A stretch of DNA of 61,799 bases, filler included, from Choristocarpus tenellus KU-1152 (taxonomy: Eukaryota > Protista > Phaeophyceae), in assembly GCA_964200185.2 (NCBI GenBank). It is 15 parts of 15 records of this genome, joined end to end, with 100 filler letters (N's around TTAATTAATTAA, not from the genome) between each part and the next. Parts side by side here need not be neighbours in the genome. Positions count along the whole stretch, not along the records: positions 36,149 to 40,072 come from CAXNAD020017116.1; positions 40,173 to 43,003 come from CAXNAD020024356.1; positions 43,104 to 50,446 come from CAXNAD020006304.1; 12 more parts are not named here. The stretch is one strand, 5' to 3'. Position 1 is the stretch's first letter; every line of letters starts with the position of its first letter. Below, one piece after another: positions 36,606 to 50,378 of the stretch. The position numbers and the translations under genes were made by a program. Below the pieces are notes generated by a model. That model did no database searches, had not been told where the DNA came from, and saw nothing but the letters and a program-made list of their open reading frames with translations.

Positions 36606-39079
36606 CCCTTAACAACATTACAAAAGCATCTCTTGAACAAGTGGCTACTGTATGCCAAAGCACTCTCATGTATGCACTATACAAAAAAAAGGACAGCAAT
36701 CTCCAAGCAACAACAACAAAAACTACACTCTATCCCATCAACAAGAACAATCTTTTAAAGTAACAACGACCACAGGAATAATATTAAAAAATAATGACCC
36801 CACCTTGTAAGCTCCCTCGAAGAACATGTTCTTGGTACCCCTTAGGGGATAGTTAGTGCCCCCCGTCTTCGGGCAGGCCCCATTATCACTGGCTACTACC
36901 ACTATTGAGTTCTCAAGCCAGCCTTGAGTATCGAGGAGGTCCACGAACTGTCCAATGCACTTATCAAGGTACATTAGCACCTCTGCAAACCTATATCTGA
37001 TCAGTTCATTGGTTGGGATCCGGTCCAGGATTTCCCTCTCTTCTGGTGTGAATGCATCTGTCTCACCCCCACACCAAATGTGTTGATAGAAAATGGGTCG
37101 ACTTTTTTAGTTTCAGACAAATAGCATCAAGTGATGTGAAACTGGCTGCAATGATGGGAGTGGAATGCAGAACATAGCGAGCAAGTAAGGAGAGTTCACT
37201 AACAATGATTGCGATCACTCAAATCTTTTGATTGGTTCACACGATGAGTCAAATGGGATCAACTTTCTTGAGAAAACTGCACAAGGCATATCTCTTAGCC
37301 TTGGCCATGTAAATGTAGCCACATCCTCTTTTCTTTTAAAAAAAGGTTTGCCTGCTGCCTTGTCATTGGCTCATCCACACACTTCTCCCACCTTCCACAT
37401 ACATATATTACTAGAAGTAGAACTATTTTGCTAGTGCCAGAACAGAGTCAAAGACTACTGTTTGGGTCTGACATGACTTTTATGTTGATGGAACATCGAC
37501 TTTCTGGAATTAAAAAATGCTTATTCCAAGTGGACATCAAGTTCCTAAGGAACTTAGACCCACAACTTGAATTCCTTATCAAAATAATGAGTCTTTACTA
37601 GGTTCTTGGACTCCACCATCACTTACAATTGGGCCTAACCCTATCTCCGTCTGAATCCAACCTTGTCATCTTCACAAGCATATATTCATGCAACATTTAA
37701 AAAAGAGGTACACACACTTGGGATAAAATGCACATCCATAGTTATCTCACAGAGGTATATAAATGGTTTGATTGCATGAGGGAAAACACACGAGACACAC
37801 AGTCCGTAGGACCTCAAAGGATTCATGCAACAATAAAAATAACTTCTTCATTTCAACAGAAATAAAAGGACTAAGCAACACATTCGTGTGAGTGCATTGC
37901 ATTCAATTATCCTATCACAAATTTGTACTCTTTTTAAGGTCTTGTGAACCTTGCCCAGTAAAATGAAGGCAGTAAGTGAACACGCTTTGCACAACTACTA
38001 AATACTGTACAATAACAATGGGGATTGAATTGAGAGCGTGTACCGCAGGCATGAGTGAACAGCAAGGGGGACAGGCAGAGTACCTCTTGGAGGGGTAAGA
38101 CAGATCAGTATGAAAAAAATCAGTCACCTAATTGAAACCATCAACTCACGGAAGTCCATCACACAGAAAAGGATTAAACACATACATTGAAAAAATCACG
38201 CATGCACCAATAACCAACTCAATGGATGAAACAAGATTGGTGCAGTACTGATAGAAAAGCTGCATGCAAAAAGAGTAGGGGGGGGATGACGGGGGGGGGG
38301 GGAAGGGGCATTGGTACTCAAAACACACCGTCCGGAGGTGGTCCCAGAGGTTCATGCACTGCCTGGTAGGACATGTACATGAAGAGTGGGCTATCGTCAT
38401 AGGGGCTCTTGTTCATCAAAATCTGCAGCATTTCATTGTTCAGATTTTGGAAAGGTCAATGTTCAGGAACAGGTTAGAGATAGAGAGGGTTGGGACAGGG
38501 GTCACTGAGGGGTCATGGATAGCGGACAGATATGATAGCATAAGAGATGACCAAACTCAACCCCCAAACAAGAAGTACCCTAACGAATGCAACAATATCC
38601 ACTGGAAGTGCTATCTCAAGAATTTCAACGCAAAAATGTTTGTGGACTCAACCAATGGGAAAATTTCCAGTCGATCTTTTTACGCCAATGATCTACACAG
38701 AAGTTGATTAACCCGGACAGAAGTTGTCCATCGCACCCATCAGTTTTTTCTTCTTAGTGCTATGTATCGAAAGAGGACGGACGTAACACTTTCCAATGTG
38801 TTCGTGAATTGCACCCGCCTCAAAAGTAACACATCATGTCTAGATTAGGGTTAGGGTTAGGGTTAGGGTTAGGGTTAGGGTCTCGATTCACCCATTGCAC
38901 ACGCTAGGATGATGAGAAGCCTTGGGACGAAATTAGAAGAATACGCCTTCACCAAGACTTCACGACAATTGCACTGCACATCACTAAGGAGGCGTGTGGT
39001 AAAAATGACCCTAACCCTCTCACGTGCGTACAAGAAAAATAAACACGCAGAAGGCATACAATAATGTCCAAATAAAATC

Positions 39080-39114
<35 letters not shown>

Positions 39115-39440
39115 CTATGTCCAAATAACTGCAACATTCCTAGTATATCCTAAGTGCAGAATAATACACACTCAAAAAAAGAACAAAACAAAACAAACAC
39201 ACACACACTAAATAAAGAATACTCTCTGCCACCTCTTCACTCCCCTTCTACTCTCTGCCACCCTCCACTACCTCTTCAGCACGTTCGGTGAAGACATCAG
39301 TGGAGTACCGTCCAATGTAACTGCTGAACTCTTCAGGGACTTGGTCACCATCTGTCCGCAGAGTCATGTCCTGGTACCCATTTCTGTCCCCGTAACCAAA
39401 GTCAAAGAACTCCTTCCCAGAGTTAGTAGTAGCCGTGTAG
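36160..39440 (-). CDS. Arylsulfatase B-like sulfatase, internal exons, partial
   Basis: Exons about 39272-39440 (RYSTDVFTERAEE), 38329-38422 (PLFMYMSYQAVHEPL), 36804-37057 (LDKCIG...ENSIVVVASDNG...NYPLRGTK..FEGAYK) and 36160-36293 (VPAFV...LMSVTDWLPTL). Phases are compatible. Confidence 0.92.
38845..38880 (+). repeat. Interstitial telomere-type repeat (TTAGGG)6 in an intron
   Basis: Read directly. A (CCCTAA)n tract is also at about 39538-39563. Confidence 0.9.
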
Positions 39441-40172
39441 CTCTTCAAACGATCCACCCACCCGTCCGTCCACAATAATGGTTAGGGTGAGGGTCAGGTG
39501 GAGTGACTCTGCAAGATCAAATCAACACGAATGTCCCAACCCTAACCCTAACCCTAACCCTAATCCTACTACTGTTCAAACTGTGAACGACGTTTTGTAC
39601 ACAGTACATGTGGTTTAGGGTACCAAAAAGAAATGACACGACACTGCCAGAATAAACTATGCTACACCTTATTCAAAAATAAAAAAGGCAGTTTCAAATG
39701 AATAAAAAAATGAGCTCCATGTGCAAACATGTACAGTCGACATCTACACCACGATACCTCTGTAACTTTGCAGATCTTTCACCAAAACATGATTTATACT
39801 CCTGAGTATAAAATACTTCAATTTTTCTGTGATACGATTTTTCCATTACAGATAAAACACGCTCAAGCATATTCATGTGTTTCCTGTATCATAACGTAGT
39901 AAACATTGAGATAAAACTGTATCACTCTCATACGCCTTCACGCCCTAGTAAAAGAAACATAATATATCAACATTCTTAACAAAATCAGAGGGCGTAGTAT
40001 CAACTACTACCTGGAACGCTTTTCCCACTCCCTACAATGGGAAGACGAATTTTAAATTAGAATGGGAGGGGGNNNNNNNNNNNNNNNNNNNNNNNNNNNN
40101 NNNNNNNNNNNNNNNNTTAATTAATTAANNNNNNNNNNNNNNNNNNNNNNNNNNNNNNNNNNNNNNNNNNNN

Positions 40173-40274
40173 AAACATTTTGGAGTAGGAAAATGTCATA
40201 AAAGAACCCATGGGAAGTCAAGCCCCAAATGGACAAACAGGGCTAAACTCGTACCCTCTAAGATACTTTCACTA
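40173..40274 (-). mobile_element. MITE family B, partial at contig start
   Basis: GAAGTCAAGCCCCAAATGGACAAACAGGG...GTACCCTCTAAGATACTTTCAC matches the end of the 24035-24292 copy. Confidence 0.85.
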
Positions 40275-41656
40275 AAATGTGGAAGGATCAATGCAAGGAA
40301 GGGAAATTGGGCGGTGTCAGAAGGAAATTAAAGAGAGGGGGGAAAATTCGATCTGCGATGTCATAAACTCCGAAGTACTTGGGTGGTAGAAGCACATGGA
40401 AAATATTGTTTCAAGGCTGGCAATCAGGTTCGAAGGTGAATACGGTTGGAATCCAGGGTTTGTGGGTGAAGCATAATCAGAGAGATGCACTGGGAGGAAG
40501 TTAGTACACATTATTTGCTCATTGTTTGCTTGGGGATGTGGCTACGCGTAGGTACAGGAAAGGATTTGGTGGTATCTTAGCGATCCCTACTCAAAGACCA
40601 TTGTAATTATGGGTCTTGGTGTAGATGATTGTATAGGGTTAGGGGCAGCTACTATAGTTGGGGTCAACCTTCAAGTTTGCTAGTAGTGGTAGGGTACTAC
40701 TAGGACCATCGCAAGGACCAATGAAGTGCATACTCAAATAAAAAATATATTTTGGAGATATGTATTTCACATTTTGTGAAACAGATGGAAACAGGCTGAC
40801 AGGTTCTTCAGTCTGAAGGGGACCGGGAAGACCCATAGGAGGAAGGGAATGGAGAGAGGCAAGGCAGGGGGGGGTGAGTAATCCCTCAGGAGTTCACTCA
40901 GGAAAGAGTGAACAACTAAAAAGGAAATAAGGGGGGTTTGTAGGGTTCACTCATACCACCCGATATTTACTCCAACAGGTAAAGGCGGATGTCGTATGAA
41001 GCAACAGACCTTGATTTGACCTATGGGTACATCTTCTCAAGGAAGGCCGCCTTAAAGGTATACCTTAGTTGGAAGATGCCTATCACATTTTGTTTTTATG
41101 ACCATTACTTTTACAGGGTTGCTTACGATATTGAATTGTCTTTTTCCCTGACACATCTCCAAAACGATTGAGGGCATAATAATTCTAAAATATATGTTGC
41201 ATCAAGTTTTATCCTGCAACCTTTTAAATCTCCATCACTAAAGTTGAAGGGCTTGGCTTTTGCTTCTTAACAGGCTCATCATGTGCTTGGTTGGAGGCCA
41301 GATTCGTGTTTGAAATGTATCTGGTTCAGTTTGACACTTGCCAGAGGGGCAGTGCATACTCCTCTATCGTCATAAGTGGAAAGCATAGCAGAACTTCTAA
41401 TATATACAAAACAAACAGAGAACTCTCTTGGGCGAGTGCATGATTGGGGCAACTCCCAGAGATTAGATATACATCTGCAGCTTCGCGTCTAATGTTATTT
41501 CCTAAAAGCTTGTACTCCATATTCTAAATTGCAACATCCGCTGTCATTCTACATTCCTACCCCTCTCAGTTGAGTTGTTGGCCATATTGAGTCTCATCGC
41601 CAGTTTGGATACGAGCATCACTAGCTTCTTCCTTTCTTGGCAAGGACGTGACAAAA

Positions 41657-41898
41657 GACCCAAAGTATCTGGGCGGGGGGGGGGCTACACCAGAGTGTCC
41701 ATTTGGNNNNNNNNNNAAAAGAAGCAGGTGTGTGGGGGGGTGGGGTGGGTCTACACCAGAGTGTCCATTTGGACCAAAACCAGGAAAAGTGCGCTTTCAT
41801 TATCCATCCAACGTATGGAACCAAATCACCAAAAATCGCGGCATGAAAAAATTGGTCCCAAATGGACAGTCGCTACCTCCCCCCAGATACTTTGAGTC
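41657..41898 (+). mobile_element. MITE family A (one or two copies around a 10-N gap)
   Basis: GACCCAAAGTATCTGGG at 41657 and CCCAGATACTTTGAGTC ending at 41898. The CTACACCAGAGTGTCCATTTGG block appears on both sides of the gap. Confidence 0.85.
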
Positions 41899-42964
41899 AA
41901 ATGTAAGGTATGCAAGAGGGTGGGAAGGTATTCAAAACTTTAGACAGGGGTGGTTCTCTCTCGGTAAGGTCTATGCCTTCCCCTCTACTTCAGCATACAC
42001 TGGGGTTACACAGTTGATGGTCATGTGAGTGATGGGGACAGCCTGATTGAGGTAGTTTGACCGGTGAGGAGTCATCTCCTCCCATCCACCAAAGAACCAT
42101 GCAACAAGGATGTTTAGGAACACCAAACTTCAAATATCTAGAAAGGTCAGGTAAAAACGGTGGGGGGTATGCACTTCTCACATGATTTACTGCACGGTAT
42201 TGTAGTGAAATAAACTTATCCTTCCTCAACTGAAAGGCAAGGGATAATCAAGTACTCCAAACATAGAAAGAAGTGGCAATATAGAAATCCAAGTAGAGGC
42301 AGTGTTCATTGACACGCAACAAAGGACACAGATGAATCTCCTCTTCCTTCTTAGGTACCTTTGTATTAAAATGAGTGGCAATTATTGGAATTAACACCAC
42401 AAAGGTAGAAGTAACTTCAATCAAAAACAGATAACGAAGAATAAAACATCATTCACACCAAATATCTTCCCTTGCCCGCAGCATCCCAAATATAGGTAGT
42501 AAAATAAAAATATAAAATAACCAGAAATCTGTTCATCAAAACAAAAGAGACGATAGAAATCACAGACAAGGCAATGACATGACTGTATGAACAGGGGATA
42601 CGATAAATTCCCTGCAGTCTCCTTGCTATAGGGAGCACTTCCAGATATCCCCTACACAAAAAAACACCTGGCTTGCACCCCCTATATATGTGATACTTCG
42701 ACTTCCACTGCACACAATCCAAACACCATCATAGCATCAATTCACGCCACAATCCCCAACACCCCCAAAAACACCATTTCATTTGTCTGTCCACTGTATA
42801 CAAAAGTAGAGCATGCTGCTAACTTCTTCCTTATTCCCTCAGAGGTAAGCAGTGCATACAGCTCTCCTTTGCAAGCCTCTGACCAGCAACACTAGAAATC
42901 CCTCAAGCACTGGGGCAGTGTTGACACGCCCTGTGAACCCCCCACAGCATTTCCTCATCTTCAA

Positions 42965-43003
42965 GACCCAAAGTATCTGGGGGGGGGGGGGGGGGGGGGG
43001 TCT
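42965..43003 (+). mobile_element. MITE family A left end at contig end
   Basis: GACCCAAAGTATCTG(n)TCT. Confidence 0.75.
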
Positions 43004-46000
43004 NNNNNNNNNNNNNNNNNNNNNNNNNNNNNNNNNNNNNNNNNNNNTTAATTAATTAANNNNNNNNNNNNNNNNNNNNNNNNNNNNNNNNNNNNNNNNN
43101 NNNGGGGGGGGGGGTGTGTACGGGAGAGCTAGGGCCAGGGCAGCAGTGGTGTGTTCTGGCAAATGATAACCTACTATGTCCATCTTGCACGCAATGCCCC
43201 GTAAGATATTGATGAGATTGAAGTGGTACACTTAGTGATATTATGGTAAATGCTGCGGTCTTGGAGTGGAGGTGAGAGTGCGTGAACTTAGGACCGATTT
43301 GACGTGGGGAAGGTTCTTCATACAAAGGCTTTGTGTACTTCATGTGTCGCGCTTGTAGATATTTTCTTTTGCGACTTACTCGATCTCTGGTACACCGAAA
43401 AGGAGCGAGGTGTTGCTTGGATGAAATATCAAATTTGTCCGTCCTTTTTGGTGCCAACTGTATTGTAAGGTGTGATAGGTGCCCTCGACAATGTGTGCTA
43501 TCATAATGTGGACGACTTACGTCAGGTTGGGGCTTGTTGGAACACCTTCTCTATACTTGGTAGAGGTTTGCATTAACACCACTCTCACTCTATGCTACAC
43601 TACATTGTTTTGATGTGACTTGAAATAAGTTAAGGCATAGGGCTATTTATTGGTGCGAGCGGTCGAGGTATCCTGTTTTGTGCGATAAGATATTGGGTTC
43701 GATTCTCCGTAGAAAGAAACTTCCTGTACTGCATCCAAACACTCGATCGTTGCTGTTGCCTTGAACTGAGAGTCTTGTGGGTGGGGTCATCCCTTGTGCA
43801 ATTTCTAGGTGTTTTAACCTCGCCATTTGCATCGTTCTTGCCCTGTAGTACACCGATTTCATTGCCGTGTGACTTGAAATGAAGCTCAGGCGTAGAGCAA
43901 GAGGTGGGTGAAGGCGTGCTGAGGCCGATGTTCGTATCATTGTACGGCATCTTTCCAGAATTGTATACCCTCCACTAGTCAATTACATGCCGAAGTTGAT
44001 TTTCTGAACTTTTACTACCGCTAGGTGTTTGGAAACACATAGAGTGATTTGCGGAGGGTAACGATCACTGATTGAGTCAACAGGAGCTTTTGTTGGTTTT
44101 AGAGAGGTCGAGAAGAATACACAGAAGTCGAGGGAGGGGTAAGAAGCTTGAGTCACCCTTGAGATAATTTAGAACAGGTTTTGCTTCATCTTGCATGGTA
44201 ATTTTTTCGGTCTATTTCCTTGGAACAGTGGGCGCTGAACTAGCCCGTGGGATTACTTGAGGGCATTCGGGGAACGAGAACCATCTGCTGAGACGGAGGA
44301 AGCCCCCTCCCCCTTGCTGTTCATCAGATGGTCATCATCCGTACGTAGAGTTGGTCCTCAGCATATGTACGAGCGCCTCCAGTGGCGCAAATGATTCTCG
44401 GCTGGTCTCTTTCATTCATTTTTATTTTGTTTGGTTTTATTAAATGTGAGGAGGATCATGCGTCATCTTGTAGTTTTGTTGTCAGGATTTCTGATGTTCT
44501 ACGTATGTATGTACATATGTTGGAGGGATAAAGTAAATTCTGACGTTGTTGGACATACTGTACTGATATCCAAACTTCAGATCCTCATCATCACAATTAT
44601 GATATAAATATCCTTCCCTACCTCCTCGCATTGGTGTGTAGGGATAAGGTGGGTTGGAGGAGTAGGAGGCGAGTGGTGTAAGATGGGAGTAAAATAGTAA
44701 ATAGATGATAGAAAAATACGTTTCACATTTACGACAAGTGTTCATTTCTCAGGGGTTGATATGATATTGAATTGACTTTTCATCGGTTTTTTCCCTGACA
44801 CAACTGCGAAATGTCAAGAGGGCATAATAATGTATATAAATATACAATCCTAACCATAACCCCCCAAGAAGTAGTCTATAAAGTACTGCATGTACATTAT
44901 CTTCCTACTATGGATATATGTATTTATATTTAAGTGGTGATCTGGTTATTACCATATCACTTGGGTCATATTCGACGTTTTCACTGTCCTTACAGGGGTT
45001 CACCATGTATGACTACTACTTGTTGATTACACTACCTGACTCCATCCGTCCTTGACCTTACTTCTTGCATGTTGAGTTCAGTCATCCTACCACTATTGGT
45101 TCACTCACCTCCTTTTTCGACTCTTGTGGTGGACCCGCCTTGATTTCAGTTGGCAGCGAAGCCTTGCAACCTCATTCAGGTTCTGGTGGTGGTGTTTGGT
45201 GCAAAGATGGATACTGCTAATATAATAGTGGAATACTGTGTACAATCCGTGATCCATGTAACCTATGTACACTTTGGAGGGAACACCATATGTTCAATGT
45301 GCCCTTGGGCTTTATTGGTGCGAGTTATGGTGCCGAAATCGTTTTCAATCATGTGTGGAGGCGTCACCTCTATGTGCATCTTTTGTGGTGTTCGGAATAC
45401 TTTTTTAGCACCGTTCTTGGCCCATGGTGCACCGAATTCATTCATATGCGTCTATAAATGAAGCTCTGGCATATGGAGGTATAGTGGTGTACAATTGGAC
45501 CAAGGTTTTTCAACGGTGAGAAAAGAGAGCACTGTGTTCGGCCTTCTACATTGAAGTTCATTTCTTGCTAATGATGTTTTAATTACAAACTGTAACTACT
45601 GATAGTTGTTTAGAAATTAGTGGAATGTGTTGGGGGGGGATATCAAGCACTGATCGAGCCAACAGGGTCTTCTTTTGATGCTTAGAGTGTCGAGAACAAT
45701 GGTGTGAATCAACGAAAGGGTTAAAGGAGTCCATACGACTGCAAGGGTATCGCCCTTGAAACGGACTACTGTTCTAAAATTGATTTTCTCAATCTTTTGC
45801 AGAGGAGGGTACGCTTTGATTCCTTCTTGGGACTGTGGGTGTTGATCGCTCAAGCTTATGATATGGGAACCACTGTCCATTATGTGTTATCATGGCAGAA
45901 GGTTTATAAGGTACATTTCATTATGATTTGGAGAGTACAATTTCGTTGTGTATTATATCCACATGCCACAGGTACAGGCAAAAGCTTCTGGTGAATTGTC

Positions 46001-46698
46001 GCCCCTCACTCACCTGGTTGCGGTATTGTCAACTTCTACACCCCTTTACTGTGACAGAGGCGTCGATCTATCTCCCTGCAAGTAGGTCGGTGGTTCCTGC
46101 TGGCAACAAATGGGGTGCCCTGCCCAGGGTAACTGTAAAATATATGACGTCATATGTCCAATGCAAGACAATAGGAAAGGGGCAAAGCTTGACCTAAATC
46201 ACCTTGATGTCTGTCATAGGTCAACGGGGACATAGTGCAGATGTGACACGAAAACCTTGACTAGAGTCCGTTAAATCGGCACAATAAAAATATGGTAATA
46301 GTTGATTGAATCGAAGTGTGCACACAATCAATGTGGAGAAGGTGGCCATGTGGAAAAGCTGAGAACCTTGAGGAAAAATATTTTTGATCGTCCAGTGCAT
46401 ATCATACTATAAACGCGATATTTTCGACTTGCCTAAGTGTTTCCAACCCGGACTGTTTTTTCTACGTCCTTTAATGTACGAATTGACTGGACTGAATCGT
46501 CAAACCACGGGTCAGGATAGTCCCCACACTCTGCCGTCCAGATAAATATATATAATCTAGTTTGTGTTTTTTCCAATTCCTAGGGGTCTCTTTCTATTTG
46601 TTGTTACTTGTACTGCCTTATAATATCTTCTACTTGTACTGCGATCAACCAACCACACAACTTCTTTTTTTTATCGTTTTTTTTCCGTTTTTTTGCAG

Positions 46699-49165
46699 TA
46701 CCACTACCTCAGTGAAGCTATCATTGAACAGGCCAAAACTTCCCTGCGGGGGGACAGTCTGTGCGCTTTTTGTGCCAGGTATCGAAAGTGTTCAATGGTC
46801 GTGTGCAAGTAGTCTGCCGAAGTATCTTCTTTTTTTCTCTAAGTGGTACTTTAGTGCTCAGTATCTTCAAAGAGCATTGGAAAGTGTTCTTTCACATCAT
46901 CAGAGTTAAATGTCGATCTGTTCCAATCCGGTATGTGAAGACAACAATGTACCACAAAGAATGTTCCTGAATAACAGCTGACTGTTGTGTGTGGATTGCT
47001 GTGGATACGTTTTTTTGTTCTCATTGCTTTTCATGCTTTTAGTTGAATTAGCTCCGTCTTAGTAGTGTACACTTTTTGCCCCATCATGGAACCGCCATTG
47101 CCTTTGCATACTGCATTGTGTGTGGTGGAGTGAATATATTATAGTAGCTGAGTGCAATCAATATTAGCAACCCACCTTTAAATGTCGAAACGATGCTGTT
47201 TTGAAAGTAAGGATGACCTTAAGTCATCCCAACTTCAAAGCAAAGAGTTGAAATTTTGAATAGGAGGCCTGTCGATAACACCTCCGTTATTGCTTGCCCA
47301 GGTAACCAAAACACGAGTCGTTTTGGGGCTTTCGTGTGGTGTCTATCTGCTGTTTGTCGTTATCTGGGGGATGGTTGACTTCTTAGCACCTTGTGCGTTT
47401 CTCTTTATTTTGATTGATCGTATCTTCTTGGGTTTCGGGTGCTTCATGAAACGAAATAATAGTACATTGCATGTAAAGGCTCTCTCGCGCTTCTTCTACC
47501 TCCCTTGGGGTTGGTTTCTTTTCAGAATGAAGAGAGGGATGCTTTACAAATGCTGCCGAGATGAAGGATACAACAAGCTAGTCCTTGCTCAGCACCTGGA
47601 CGACCTGGCTGAGAGCTTTATCATGTCGGCCCTTCACAATGGACAGGTGAGATCAGCACAGCATTGGGCTCTGCAACAAGTCTTGTACACCTGATAACCC
47701 CAACAGAGGCTACTTCTAAAATTTGTTCGTTTTTGTGAGCACACGCTATCCTTGCTCCAAATACTTTTGCTCACCTGTATAGTATTAGTGCCCCTTGACA
47801 ACCTCAAGCTCTCCTTTCTATCTTTGACGCACTCATGCCCTATGTAACCTGTCCGATTTCTCAGGTCCGGACAATGAAGGCCAACTACACGATAGAAGCT
47901 GGGGATGTGCGGGTGATACGACCCTTGGCCTACACGAGAGAGAGCATCACCAAGGAGTTTGCACGATCTAGTCGCCTCCCACTGGTGAATGAGAACTGCC
48001 CAGCGTGCTTCGAGGAGCCTAAGGAGCGTCAGAGGGTCAAGAAGGTTGGTGAAGGATGTGTGATGTGTTCGGGTGGGAGGGAAGGAGAGGGGTAGATACA
48101 TGCATTGGTCTCCAGCGGCCTGTTCAGGGTTAGATGTGTACTCCTGTCTGTACCCTTGTACTTTGTTCGAGTAAACTGTGATTAGGAGCAAACATCGTGG
48201 AGAGGGATCAATGGGACATTGTTTTCTTTTGATGACGTATGTCAAATATGGCCTTCCGTCACCACTCTCTCTCTCTCCTCTCTCTCACACACACACACTC
48301 ACTCACTCACTCTCTACTTCTATCTCTATCTCTATCTCTCCCTCTTTCCTTCATCTCCTGAGTGTAGATGCTTGCCAAGGAGGAGTCTCTCTTCCCGTCC
48401 ATGTACAACAACATCCGACGCGCCCTGAAACCACTTATGGATGAGGATGTTTACATAGCCTTGAAGGATTCATCAGCAGAGGTTAGTACCCGTACCCTTT
48501 CGCACACCTCCCACCCTTGTGCTTTCTGTGCAGTGGTGATGCAAACAAATCAAAGCAGTAAATATTCCCCCCCCATTTGATGGAATAGTGATGGAGAGAT
48601 CATTGCGGCAAGACAAGAATTGGCACCTCATTGCAAAGCACATGTGAGGTGGTGAAAGGGAATCGATTTTCTCTGAACTGTGTGTTATTCCTGGACTGGA
48701 TAGATGGGCGCCCTCAAGAAGGAAGGTATCTGAATGCCTTTCAGAGTGTTTGCTGGTCCTTCACTGGTCCTGTTAATATTTAACCATGATCAATTGATTC
48801 TATTGAAGGTGTGGGACCTTGGGTCCATTTCAACTGCACCATGTTGGGTATTCGTCTATGTATCTTCATGTAGTCATGTGCATGTGAGGTGTATGCTCAT
48901 GATCCTCGTTCATCTCGCTTTCCAATTGTAGGTCACCTCCCGTCAAATGACGAAGAACAAGCCATCACCGGAAGGCTGCAGTAAGAAATCTTTGAAGTCT
49001 AATGGTCAGGTGCTGAATGTTGGGTCAGGGGAAGAGCATTGTGAGGTCGCCAAGACTACAGAAGATGTGGATGGTCGGAAAGTGGGAGAGGGGGGGAAGG
49101 TGAAAGATATCCGCCAAGGTGGATGCGAGAATGGTGTATGTGTGCCTTGCTATGAGTTGGCTTGA
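46699..49165 (+). CDS. ttcA: TtcA-family tRNA 2-thiolation protein (PP-loop family), 5'-partial
   Basis: Exons 46699-46778 (SLCAFCAR), 47526-47646 (MKRGMLY...LVLAQHLDDLAESF), 47865-48044 (VIRPLAY.RE...ENCPACFEEPKER), 48368-48481 and 48932-49165 (stop). Both CxxC motifs are present and phases are compatible. Confidence 0.9.
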
Positions 49166-49495
49166 GTTCTGGGGGAGTAGGAACACATCAGTTACCCTTT
49201 TGATGTTTTGAAAAGCAAGAGGATGTGCGTATGTATGCCCAAGGAATCTAACGGTTCTCATCCCATCATGGTGGCCTAAGAATTTATTTTTCACTTTTTC
49301 TTTTAAATAGTGAGCTTTACTTGGTGTAGTGCATGAAAATGCTGTTACATTTCTACTTTTTAATTTTCTAATACTAGTGTGACACACGGTTTTGTGTGTA
49401 ACTGACACGTTTCTTCAGGTGTTGAGTGAGACAACATACAGAACACAACGACTAAACCTGTCTCCTGACCCCAAGTATCGCATGAATTGGCCACA

Positions 49496-49549
<54 letters not shown>

Positions 49550-50135
49550 ATGAACACAGGCAGATGTAACATTATGTTAGGAGGAGACACAGGACAACAA
49601 GCGATGCATTTTGCCTAGAATTTAGGTTTCACTTGGTCAAGCAAGACCTTCCAAGCACTCTCGCTCAGGTACACTACACACTTGTCCCTCCCAGGAATAC
49701 ATACACAAAGACGCCATAGACACACAACGACAGCAACATGCAAATATGTACTCTAAAGTGTCATAGGACTGGACCATTGGGTACACAAGCCCGACACTAT
49801 TACATTTACATGACCAACAAATACTCAAACGTGAGTTGGTTGGCCTCCAGACGTTTTCCTACTCTTTTTGAGGGCACTACCACTGGCAAGTCAAGCATGT
49901 TTCATCTTCTTTAGGGGTTTGGGGGGGTCAATCCCTCCCTGGTTTAGTGCAACTCCTCCACCCTCCAGTGGGAGGTACATTTCCACTGTCACTTCAATGC
50001 CTGCCTGGGATAGTACATTGGTGACCTCTGAACACAACTCTTGTAGCGGCCTCCACAACCCATGTATGCGGGCGGCACTTTGTCCTCTCAATTGATGTTT
50101 GTTGTAGTTATTGGGACCATTCTTGAGGGGGAACT

Positions 50136-50378
50136 TCAGCATCTCAGAGATTCTATCCACTGGTGTAGGGAGGTTGTCGCTGTTGAAAGACTACAGGCGC
50201 CACACCGTGTCATCCAGGTTGAACCCAACAATGCCTCGGCAGGAAGCCGATCAGGAGGGCTCTTCTGGAGGCAGTGGTCAACGAAGTGGCATAGCTCTGT
50301 AGAGAAGTAGGTTGGGTCAAGACGCGGGGTTGGACCCTCCACAATTGTCTGTACAAGATCGATTGCTGTGGTCTCTTC
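50136..50378 (-). CDS. Protein kinase terminal exon, MAP2K/STE7-like
   Basis: After an AG acceptor: EETTAIDLVQTIVEGPTPRLDPTYFSTELCHFVDHCLQKSPPDRLPAEALLGSTW...*, which is kinase subdomain X-XI. Confidence 0.75.
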   Translation of the reverse strand, partial: EETTAIDLVQTIVEGPTPRLDPTYFSTELCHFVDHCLQKSPPDRLPAEALLGSTWMTRCGACSLSTATTSLHQWIESLRC

